The position numbers and the translations under genes were made by a program. From Xanthomonas campestris pv. campestris str. ATCC 33913 (GTDB taxonomy: Bacteria > Pseudomonadota > Gammaproteobacteria > Xanthomonadales > Xanthomonadaceae): a stretch of DNA of 32,000 nt. Numbering within the stretch: the stretch's first letter is position 1; each line of letters opens with the position of its first letter. The notes below the pieces were generated by a model. The model was not told where the DNA came from. It saw only the letters and a program-made list of their open reading frames with translations, and did no database searches. Shown in pieces: positions 16,359 to 23,995 of the stretch. The stretch covers positions 1,687,436 to 1,719,435 of the forward strand of contig NC_003902.1 in NCBI RefSeq assembly GCF_000007145.1, written 5' to 3'.

Positions 16359-19300
16359 ATGCTCCGCTTTGCTGACTTTGTCTCGGCGCGCTGGCCGACG
16401 CCGGAAGACGCTCTTTTTGAATTCTTCGCCGACGCTCAGGCTGCGGCGCTGGAAGTCGGAGCGCAGCTGACCGAACTGCCGGACCTGGACGGCGTTAGGC
16501 GCTACCTGCCCAGCCAGTCCGGCAAGCGCGATAAGCGGCAGTTCCACGTCGCCAGCGTCACCACCGACCCCGATGGCACTTCCTGGCCGGCGATTACGTT
16601 CAAGTCGTTTAAACATGGCGGCGCTTCGCATTATTGGAAGCCACGTGACCTGGCCTGGAATATTTTCCTGCGCGACGGTCGTGAAGACATTGGCGCAGAT
16701 ACCGCACGTGTGGCCGCCTACGCCGAGCGTGCGCGGCTGGCGAAGGAGCAGGAGCAGGCGCGAGCCGTAGAGCGGGACGCTACTGACCAGCTTGGCCGCG
16801 TCGCCGCTGCCGATGCGGCGCGTATTGCCTGGGACGCGGCTTCGCTTGACTGCGGTGCGCATGCCTATCTGTTGCGCAAAGGCGTCGCGGCATACGGGCT
16901 GCGCGTCGCGACCACGACCATGCGCGCACGGTTGTGGGACGCCGAGCGGGCGCGGTGGATCGATGATGCGATTGTCGTGCGCGTTGGCGATCTGTTGGTG
17001 CCTGTGCGCCTGCCGGACGGGCAGCTGGTCAATGTCCAACGCATTGACGCAACTGGCCGAAAGCTATTTCTTCGCGGCGGTCAGAAACGCGCAACGCATT
17101 TCCGAATCCAAGGCACCGGCCCTGCGTGGCTGTGCGAAGGCTACGCCACCGGCGCCAGCGTGCACGCGGCGACGGGTGCTCCCGTTGTCGTTGCATTCGA
17201 TGCCGGCAACCTGATTCACTGCGCCAGTCTGGCCGACGCAGTTGCAGCTGATAATGACGCCAGCGGCACCGGCCAGCGTGCCGCAGAGACGACTGGCCTG
17301 CCGTGGGCATGCCCCGCTGCCGTGGGCGACGATTTCAACGACCTACACCAACGCCAGGGCATCGACGCCGTACGCGCTGCCCTGATGAACCTGCGCCAGC
17401 CGCCACTGCCCGAAGCGCCCGCATACGTTCGGCCGTTCGAGCTACCTGCGGCGGATGTCCCGCCGGGCCGTGCCGACGCCCTGCGCGTCCTTGGGCGCAT
17501 CCCTGACGCTGCCGATGCTGCGGCCTTCGCGTGGGCATTGGCTAAACGCCTGTCGATGGGCATCCCGGCGCGCGGTGAGAGCATCGAATCAATTTCAAAG
17601 ACGCTGCGCGACGCGCTCCCCAGTTCGATCCTGGCCGGCGCCACCATCGACGCAATCGCTGGCGGTATCCGCTGGATTATCGACCGGCGCCGAGCCGGTG
17701 CGCTGGCGGCCGTGCGGCCGTCTGCTGCCATCCTGGCGCGCCACACCGTCGAGCGGCGCGACAGCCTGCCGATGCTGGGCGGGGCTGACTACAGCGGCGT
17801 GATCGTGCTGCGCGCGCCTATGGGTAGCGGAAAGACGCAGAAAATCGGCCTGCCCTTTGCTTCATGGGCCAGCCAGCAGGATGGGCGCTTCGTTGCCTTG
17901 GCACACCGACAGTCACTGATCGCGGAACTATCGGCGCGGCTGGGGTGTGCCCACTACCAACGAATCGATGGTGAGGACGCAGTGCACGTTGACGCACTTG
18001 CGGCGTGTCTACCGTCTATCGTCAAGGCCGATCATGCGCAAATCTACCGCGAAGCGCGGTGGGTGTTCATCGACGAAATCAGCCAGGTCGTGCGCAGTCT
18101 GGCCGCGCGCGTTACGGTGGCTGACCGCAAGCAAATGTCGGACGTGCTCGCCGCGCTGCGCGAACTTGTGTCACGGGCTGACTGTGTGATCGTGGCTGAT
18201 GCAGGGATCGATGATCGAACCATCGAATTCATTGAATCCTGCCGCCCCGGCGAGCGCTTCCGCGTGATCGATGCCGACATTGCGCCATCGCAGGCGCAGG
18301 AAGCGGAATTCGGTTTCGGGCCGGAAGCGCTACACCACGCTTACGGCGACATGCTCGCCGAACTAGCTGACGGTCGCCGGCTGTGGGCTGCGTGCGGTGA
18401 GAAGTCCCGTGCGATTGAATGCGCGCGACTCCTGGAGACAGGAGGCCGGCGCGTGTTGCTGGTTACTTCTGATAACTCTGGTAACAGGGAACAGGCAGAA
18501 TTTCTGGCCGCGCCGGATCGCATGAGTCGCCTTTACGATGCTGTTGTGGCCTCACCGGTGATTTCCTCGGGGGTCTCGATCGAACACCGCGAATTCGGAC
18601 CGTGGTTCAACCGCGTGTTCATGCTTGCGTCCGGCGCTACAGTGACACCAGCGGACGCATTACAGATGGCACGTCGGGTGCGGTATGCGCCATCCCTTTC
18701 GGTGGTGGTCACAGCTTCGAATCGCTCAGAAATCGATTCCGCCGATGCAATACTGTCCGGCCTGTCTGAGGCCGCGTCCCTGGAAGGTCGCGCACCGACG
18801 CCGACCGACCTGGATGGACTTGTGGCCGACATCGAAGCAGGAGACGCCCGGCAGCGTGCCGACTTCGCGGGCGGGCTGTGGTGGCTGCTGGAGGCCGCTG
18901 GATGGGACGTGAAGCCGATGCTGGTCGGCGATAGCGCGGTGTCCGCCGAGTCGATGAAACTGCTGCGCGCCGACATCGACCGCGAACAGCGCGACTCACT
19001 GCTGGCTGCGCGTGACTTGACCGACTTCGAAGCGCGAAGACTGCGTGAGCGGCCGGCGTTGAGCGAGGCTGACCAGGCGGCGCTGCTGCGTCATCGGATC
19101 GTGCGCGACCTGGGGTTGCAGGAAGCGCTGTGCGACGCCGACCTAGACGATTGGGATGCAGGGCGCGGGCCGCGTGCATGGGACAGGTGGACGGCTGCTA
19201 TCGCAGGCACCGCTGACGCCGCAACTGATGGCGGGGTGACCGATCTTCACCGGCTGCGGTTCGGCCGTGCTCGGGTGCTGGCGTATCGGGAACTATTTGA

Positions 19301-19922
19301 TGGGTTCAAGTTGGCGCCGGGATTCCGCATCACTTCGGAAGTTTCGGCGGTGCTGCTGGGCCGCATGTACGGGCGGCGGCAGTTGTTGGCGGTGCTGGGG
19401 CTGGTGCCGGCCAAATGGGCTGGGGATCGGTTTGGCCTTCCGGCCGGTAACGCAGCCACTCGGGCGGTTACCGATCTGTTCGAGCGCATGGGTCTGAAAC
19501 TGATCCGAGCGCGCAACAACCGAAAGGCCAAAATGGGTGCCAAAAGTGGCATAGAAACCTTAGGTTGTTACATGGGTTTTGGCACCCATCGGGGCATCGT
19601 CGATGTCATGACCTGGTACGTCGTCGATTCCGATTCATGGTCCCGAACGGCCGAGCTTGCTGCACGCCGGAATTCCCGACGCGTGCTGGATGCGGTCCCG
19701 CGCGAGTCTTCTGACGACCGCTACTGGCACGCCGTGCGGCGCGACATCATGGCGCGGGCAATGCCCGCCGATGAGGCCGCTCGCCTGATCCTGGCAAAGT
19801 GCCGAGCGCAACAGGACGGGGGCAACCAGCGGGACAGCAGCGGGCGTACATACGGGGCAAGAGTCGCGGTGACTTGGCTGCGATGGGTCTATGCGCCTGA
19901 GTGGCAGCGATGCGCGGCCTGA
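16359..19922 (+). CDS. Replication protein: Toprim-domain primase fused to a P-loop NTPase/helicase, with a long C-terminal extension
   Basis: Toprim Glu in WLCEGYATG (~17133) and DxD in AADNDASGTG (~17249). Walker A APMGSGKTQK (~17815). Walker B VFIDEISQ (~18063). Confidence 0.8.
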   Translation: MLRFADFVSARWPTPEDALFEFFADAQAAALEVGAQLTELPDLDGVRRYLPSQSGKRDKRQFHVASVTTDPDGTSWPAITFKSFKHGGASHYWKPRDLAWNIFLRDGREDIGADTARVAAYAERARLAKEQEQARAVERDATDQLGRVAAADAARIAWDAASLDCGAHAYLLRKGVAAYGLRVATTTMRARLWDAERARWIDDAIVVRVGDLLVPVRLPDGQLVNVQRIDATGRKLFLRGGQKRATHFRIQGTGPAWLCEGYATGASVHAATGAPVVVAFDAGNLIHCASLADAVAADNDASGTGQRAAETTGLPWACPAAVGDDFNDLHQRQGIDAVRAALMNLRQPPLPEAPAYVRPFELPAADVPPGRADALRVLGRIPDAADAAAFAWALAKRLSMGIPARGESIESISKTLRDALPSSILAGATIDAIAGGIRWIIDRRRAGALAAVRPSAAILARHTVERRDSLPMLGGADYSGVIVLRAPMGSGKTQKIGLPFASWASQQDGRFVALAHRQSLIAELSARLGCAHYQRIDGEDAVHVDALAACLPSIVKADHAQIYREARWVFIDEISQVVRSLAARVTVADRKQMSDVLAALRELVSRADCVIVADAGIDDRTIEFIESCRPGERFRVIDADIAPSQAQEAEFGFGPEALHHAYGDMLAELADGRRLWAACGEKSRAIECARLLETGGRRVLLVTSDNSGNREQAEFLAAPDRMSRLYDAVVASPVISSGVSIEHREFGPWFNRVFMLASGATVTPADALQMARRVRYAPSLSVVVTASNRSEIDSADAILSGLSEAASLEGRAPTPTDLDGLVADIEAGDARQRADFAGGLWWLLEAAGWDVKPMLVGDSAVSAESMKLLRADIDREQRDSLLAARDLTDFEARRLRERPALSEADQAALLRHRIVRDLGLQEALCDADLDDWDAGRGPRAWDRWTAAIAGTADAATDGGVTDLHRLRFGRARVLAYRELFDGFKLAPGFRITSEVSAVLLGRMYGRRQLLAVLGLVPAKWAGDRFGLPAGNAATRAVTDLFERMGLKLIRARNNRKAKMGAKSGIETLGCYMGFGTHRGIVDVMTWYVVDSDSWSRTAELAARRNSRRVLDAVPRESSDDRYWHAVRRDIMARAMPADEAARLILAKCRAQQDGGNQRDSSGRTYGARVAVTWLRWVYAPEWQRCAA

Positions 19923-20332
19923 GCTAGATTCAAAGAACTGGCTTAAGTCTCAGGCCGCAATGGAGTCTTAGAAATGGATTCTTCCGCATTTACGGTAAAG
20001 ATTGTTCCGGATATTGCAGCAGGACAGCTTTTTTATATGGCTGGTGGCTGGTGGCTCAAAGCGGTAACAGCAGGGGGCGCGCCAGTGCATGGTGCGATGT
20101 GTGTCGTCGGTCCCCGCCAGGGCAGCTGGTTCAGTGCCCGCAGGACATGGCCCCGCCACTGAAGCGCGGCGATAGGGCATCGATCCTGGCGAACCACGTG
20201 CAGGCAGCGGAGACATACCAGGCGTGCCGTGGTCCGCATAACGCGCTGGTGCAGACGGTGTGCCGGCAGCAGGGTGTGACCATCAACGGTGGGCCAGCCT
20301 CGTCGCTCCCTGAATGTAGGGATGCACTGAAT

Positions 20333-20431
20333 GTTAAGAAGTAGTTAAGAAAGCGTTACGATTTAGTTAATCTGAATGAGATGTTAAGGCAGCGTGAAGG
20401 CAAACGTTAACAAATCGTTAAGATTTTTAAG
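20333..20431 (+). repeat. Iteron-like array of GTTAA(G) motifs in an AT-rich gap (candidate replication origin)
   Basis: Motif starts at 20333, 20344, 20355 (GTTAC variant), 20366, 20383, 20406, 20417 and 20426 (TTTAAG variant). Four of the seven spacings are exactly 11 bp. Confidence 0.5.
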
Positions 20432-20481
20432 GTACTCCTGAAGGGGGTGCGGCAGGGCGGGTCACCTGACACCCCGACAAA

Positions 20482-20787
20482 TCAAATCTGCGTGGCTTTC
20501 CAAAACCGGTTTTCTGCTTCTACCCATTCCGTTTCGAAATAGCTAAAAACACTTGGATTTAAGCGTGGAATACGTGACGCATTACACCGCCCGGTGTAAA
20601 AGCGAATAAAACGCGCGAGGACCACCACCGCCACACCGCCCACCTGTTGGGCCACCGCAGGCCATGCCGCGAAGCCAATCGGTCCGATTTGCGCAACAGC
20701 ACCGCCGATGCCGCCATTCGATGCTCTGCCAAGCGCATTTAGCTGAACGCTGCGAACCATCCGGTGCACATGTTCAAGCACGCTCAT
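20482..20787 (-). CDS. Hypothetical small hydrophobic protein
   Basis: 101-aa ORF with the hydrophobic stretch GAVAQIGPIGFAAWPAVAQQVGGVAVVVLARF. Divergent from the 20906 gene. Weak support. Confidence 0.25.
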   Translation of the reverse strand: MSVLEHVHRMVRSVQLNALGRASNGGIGGAVAQIGPIGFAAWPAVAQQVGGVAVVVLARFIRFYTGRCNASRIPRLNPSVFSYFETEWVEAENRFWKATQI

Positions 20788-20905
20788 TCACCGGACATCA
20801 CGGCGGCCAACGCGTGCGTGAATGCGGAAATTCCGGACATGGAACGTCTGTTTCCGGTGTCTGAAGATAGTCGTCAACGCAGCGGCATTTCGCCGTTTCG
20901 ATCTG

Positions 20906-21886
20906 ATGAGAACCGCAAAACAACATATGCCAAATCTTGACCTCTCCGCACTTATCGAAGAAGCGCGCAACGCTGCAGGTGTAAACACCAGAACACCGGC
21001 TGGTTTCGATGCCCCCACGAGAATCACGCCAGAAACCCTACAGCGCTTCGGTCAGCTGGCGCTAGACCAGCCTGTATCGAATTTGGCTTCATTTTTCGAC
21101 GCGAACGGTCGCCTGCGCCGTGTCCCACCTTCGCGCGAGGCAGTCACGTACGCTGACGTGAAGCCGCTGGAAATCGCACGTGCCACCTCGCGCTGCGCCG
21201 CTGCTGGCGCACATCTCCTCCTCCGCGAAGATGCTATCGCGGCGAGGGCGCACAACGGCATTCCGGTATTCCAGCGCGAGGTGTCCGGCTTCAGTCTCGT
21301 CGAGCCGGCCCGCCTGGTTCCATCGGCAGATGGCGCAGCGATCCCGGCCACTGTTGGCATGCCGATCAAAACGGCATCCGTTGACTGGTCCGACCAGGAC
21401 ACCGCGCAGATTCACGCAATCCGGTTTGAGATTTCACGGGCGCAACTGCGCAAGTATCGCGACGAAGGCAACCTGACGGCCATCATCACCGCCAGCATTC
21501 TCGCCGGTGTGGGTCAGATGGCCGACGCGGTTCTGCTGCGCGCACTGGCTGCTGCGAACCTGGCGAACTTCACCATCGGCGCAGCCGCAGCGGCCGGCTT
21601 GAGCCACACCGCCCTGCGCGGCCTGGTGGGCACCGCCGGTGCCGGCGCCACCATCGCGGATGACGGCGGGCTGCGGGCGGCGCGTGTGCTGGCCGAACTG
21701 ACCGACGCCACCGAATCGACGTTCGTCGGTGCGTGGGCCAACGCAGCCGTGCTGCTTGACCGCAGCGTTAGCGTAGTTGCCGAGCGAGCTGGATCGGTGA
21801 TGGATGGCGGCATGGTATTGACCGTGCTGGGCAGCGCGGTGGCTCTGGTTCCTGACCAAAGTAAATTCTGGAAGGTGGCCGCCTAA
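20906..21886 (+). CDS. Phage major-capsid-like protein (HK97-fold-like, tentative)
   Basis: The C-terminal two thirds resemble the HK97-type MCP pattern as I remember it (IRFEISRAQLRKYRDEGNLTAIITASILAGVGQMADAVLLRAL ... TFVGAWANAAVLLDRSVSVVAER ... ALVPDQSKFWKV). The start is uncertain (20822, 20906 or 20927). Confidence 0.45.
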   Translation: MRTAKQHMPNLDLSALIEEARNAAGVNTRTPAGFDAPTRITPETLQRFGQLALDQPVSNLASFFDANGRLRRVPPSREAVTYADVKPLEIARATSRCAAAGAHLLLREDAIAARAHNGIPVFQREVSGFSLVEPARLVPSADGAAIPATVGMPIKTASVDWSDQDTAQIHAIRFEISRAQLRKYRDEGNLTAIITASILAGVGQMADAVLLRALAAANLANFTIGAAAAAGLSHTALRGLVGTAGAGATIADDGGLRAARVLAELTDATESTFVGAWANAAVLLDRSVSVVAERAGSVMDGGMVLTVLGSAVALVPDQSKFWKVAA

Positions 21887-22263
21887 TGGCCGCCTTCGTT
21901 TCGCACGCCAAGGGCAATGCCTCAGTCCTGCTGGGCGCGTTACAGGCTGTGCAGGACGGCTCGGCCTATCGCCTTTCCGACGATGAAAAGCAGCAGCGCG
22001 TGGCGGTGCAAGTGGCTCGCCTTGGCTCCTTGATTCTGCGGTACGACAGACAGGAAGAAGCGATTTCGCGCATTCGCCGTGCCTGGCCCGAGTTAAACGC
22101 CGAAGAGGCCAGCCGCGTACTGGCTGAACTCTTCGCTGTCATGCGCGAGACGCTCAGCCAGCCTGAGCGCGATGTCGCATCACGCAGGGAGCAGGCTGCG
22201 CGCCAGTCAAGCAACTGGGTTCACAGCTGGACCCGGCGCGATCACGACGGGGGTATCCGATGA
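21886..22263 (+). CDS. Hypothetical protein, translationally coupled to the capsid-like gene
   Basis: TAATG stop/start overlap at 21884-21888. 125-aa ORF. Confidence 0.5.
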   Translation: MAAFVSHAKGNASVLLGALQAVQDGSAYRLSDDEKQQRVAVQVARLGSLILRYDRQEEAISRIRRAWPELNAEEASRVLAELFAVMRETLSQPERDVASRREQAARQSSNWVHSWTRRDHDGGIR

Positions 22264-22511
22264 TTACGGATATCGCCATCGCCGCCCTGATGATCGCGCA
22301 GCAGCCTGGGATTTTTCCAGCGTACGTGCGAGCGAGGTTTGCCGGCGCGGCGCCAATGCCTGCGCAAGAGATTGCGCCAACGCCAACGCCAACGCCAACG
22401 CCGAAGCAGGCACGCCGCCAGTCCGCTGCGCAGACCAAGCGAAAAATGCAAAGCAGGCCAGGAATGCAGCGCATCTGCGGCGGAAACGGATTTCTCGGGC
22501 GGCTGCGTTAG
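22260..22511 (+). CDS. Hypothetical protein with a (Thr-Pro)4 repeat
   Basis: ATGA overlap with the upstream stop at 22260-22263. The hexanucleotide repeat reads APTPTPTPTPK in this frame. The competing frame 22172-22996 cannot be excluded. Confidence 0.4.
   Translation: MITDIAIAALMIAQQPGIFPAYVRARFAGAAPMPAQEIAPTPTPTPTPKQARRQSAAQTKRKMQSRPGMQRICGGNGFLGRLR
22376..22402. repeat. Hexanucleotide tandem repeat (GCCAAC)x4 plus a partial unit
   Basis: Read directly: gccaac gccaac gccaac gccaac gcc. Confidence 0.9.
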
Positions 22512-22513
22512 GC

Positions 22514-22996
22514 GTGGCACTCAATCCCGTCGAGAGGCCGGCAGGCTGGTTCCTGCTGCCGGCTTCGGTGCAAGAAGTCGCCGAAGTGATCGGCCTGCCC
22601 GATGCCATGCGGCTTGCCGGCGCTTTCTGCCCGGCGTCTGGCGGCCCGCGTCGTGCCAGCCATTCAGGACGCGCGGGGCGCATTTATATCCCGCAACGCC
22701 CGAACGGCGACACATTCAAACGCATTGCCGACCTGGTAGGCCGGGACGCTGCGGCACGGCTGGTCGATGTTCTCGGCGGGAATCAAGTTGCATTCCCGCC
22801 GTGCACGGCATTCACGAACCGCATCCGTGATGAATCCGTGCGCAAAGCCTGGCGCGACGGCACGCTATCGGCACCGTGGATTGGCTGGCTGCATGACATC
22901 ACCGAAAGACAGGTTCGCAACATCACCCAAGGTGAGCCGCGACCCGCATTCGATGCGGCCGGCCGTCCACTCAGCAAAAACAGGCCGCCCCTATGA
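22514..22996 (+). CDS. Mor-family-like transcriptional activator (C-terminal HTH)
   Basis: RIYIPQRPNGDTFKRIADLVGRDAAARLVDVLGGNQVAFPP...RIRDESVRKAW...LHDITERQVRNI resembles phage Mu Mor/C-type regulators. The GTG at 22514 lies 2 bp after the upstream stop. The alternative start is 22172. Confidence 0.5.
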   Translation: MALNPVERPAGWFLLPASVQEVAEVIGLPDAMRLAGAFCPASGGPRRASHSGRAGRIYIPQRPNGDTFKRIADLVGRDAAARLVDVLGGNQVAFPPCTAFTNRIRDESVRKAWRDGTLSAPWIGWLHDITERQVRNITQGEPRPAFDAAGRPLSKNRPPL

Positions 22997-23232
22997 CGAA
23001 CAATGACCCTCGCGCATCCCGCCTCATAAATTCGGAGGCCACCGCCTGCCTGGTGGGCATCGCCTTGAACACCTTGGCCGCACTCGTGCGCGAAGGCGAC
23101 TTTCCTGCGCCTATCCGGCTTGGGCCGCGCGCGACGTTCTACGACCGTGACGCCGTGAGGGCCTGGCTGGACTACCAGCGAGACGCGCGCGGCACGGTTC
23201 GCCGCTCGCCTGGCAGGCGCAGTGCTGCGTGA
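22993..23232 (+). CDS. AlpA-family phage/island transcriptional regulator (HTH)
   Basis: ATGA overlap with the upstream stop. LINSEATACLVGIALNTLAALVREGDFPAPIRLGPRATFYDRDAVRAWL matches the AlpA pattern (...FP.P..lg.r...W....v..W). Confidence 0.7.
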   Translation: MTNNDPRASRLINSEATACLVGIALNTLAALVREGDFPAPIRLGPRATFYDRDAVRAWLDYQRDARGTVRRSPGRRSAA

Positions 23233-23432
23233 TCGTTATCCGCATCGTGACCCGCGCCGATGCGATCCGGCTGGGTCTGTCGCGCTACCTCACGGGCAAA
23301 CCATGTAAACGCGGCCATATCGCCGAACGGCGCACAAGGCAGGGCGACTGCACGGAGTGCGCGGCGGCCCAAGTAATGCCAAAGCCGTATCCGTACAACG
23401 ATCCGTACAACGTACGACAGTGCACACCATGA
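23229..23432 (+). CDS. Small Cys-containing phage-associated protein (YLTGKPCKRGH...CTEC motif)
   Basis: GTGA overlap with the upstream stop. 67 aa. The C-x3-H ... C-x2-C arrangement suggests a zinc-ribbon-like fold. Its C-terminus is encoded by the TATCCGTAC repeats. Confidence 0.45.
   Translation: MIVIRIVTRADAIRLGLSRYLTGKPCKRGHIAERRTRQGDCTECAAAQVMPKPYPYNDPYNVRQCTP
23388..23408 (+). promoter_or_regulatory. Two direct (T)ATCCGTAC repeats (candidate arm-type integrase sites, attL side)
   Basis: TATCCGTAC at 23388 and ATCCGTAC at 23401, 57-77 bp from the att core. Same orientation as the pair at 14396/14407. Confidence 0.35.
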
Positions 23433-23433
23433 A

Positions 23434-23462
23434 TAAAAAAACCCCTGATAAATCAGGGGTTT
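23434..23462 (-). terminator. Rho-independent terminator of ssrA (lies in element-derived DNA)
   Basis: On the minus strand just after the CCA end: ACCCCTGA-tttа-like 4-nt loop-TCAGGGGT, an 8-bp stem at 23441-23460, followed by T7 (A-run 23434-23440 on the plus strand). Confidence 0.65.
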
Positions 23463-23464
23463 GA

Positions 23465-23498
23465 ATGGTGGAGGTGGGCGGAATCGAACCGCCGTCCG
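23465..23498 (-). repeat. att repeat within the functional ssrA 3' end
   Basis: Identical to 14262-14295. Confidence 0.85.
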
Positions 23499-23862
23499 GA
23501 AGCACTCCATCCCCAGCACTACATGCTTATCCCTCCGTTAGATCTCGTTCCCAGGCAGCACGGCGGGCAAAGCGCACCTGAAAACCAGCCTGCTTGATCT
23601 AACCGATAGCTGACAGGCAGCCACTACCGGCGGTTCCGTGATAATGACCCTACATCTACGAGCACGGGCACAAGTAGTTTCGGGGGTTCGCCTTAGGCGG
23701 CTGTAGAACTACAACTAAAGCCAATTAAGCGGCGATAGCGAAGTCCGAACCGTAGTTGTCGTCGTTGGCAACTAAAAGTTTGCTGCTGGATTAACGAGGA
23801 AAGCTGCCCCCTCGGCATGCGCCAAGCGACTTCGCGACCCCCGTCGAAACCAGTGCACCCCC
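23466..23862 (-). ncRNA. ssrA: tmRNA (transfer-messenger RNA)
   Basis: The reverse complement starts GGGGGUGCACUGGUUUCGACGGGGG and ends GGUUCGAUUCCGCCCACCUCCACCA. The acceptor stem has a G3:U pair. The tag reading frame at 23769-23725 encodes ANDDNYGSDFAIAA followed by a stop. Confidence 0.9.
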
Positions 23863-23995
23863 GGGGAAAGCATCAAAACGCTGACGTGACCAGTGTAGGG
23901 ATCGGCGTGCCCGGTCACAAGTAGTGAGATAGGCAGCGCTTACAGTGGCTTCAGTTGCACAGACCGGAACTATCTGGAACTGAAGGAGCTACTGG

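Noticed and set aside
16278-17746. Minus-strand ORFs (253 aa and 176 aa) inside the primase gene
   Set aside because: These are shadow ORFs in high-GC coding sequence. The plus strand carries the Toprim and Walker motifs.
19974-20344. Small ORFs (62 aa and 97 aa) between the primase gene and the iteron array, possibly one frameshifted gene
   Set aside because: The first part (FTVKIVPDIAAGQLFYMAGGWWLKAV) looks protein-like. However, I could not find a convincing junction, RBS or family match, so the evidence is insufficient to annotate it.
22172-22996. A single 274-aa ORF spanning the TP/AN repeat and the Mor-like domain
   Set aside because: This ORF cannot be excluded. However, it overlaps the 21886-22263 gene by 92 bp, whereas the split model (22260-22511 plus a GTG at 22514) preserves the stop/start coupling seen at every other junction. 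It is kept as the alternative.
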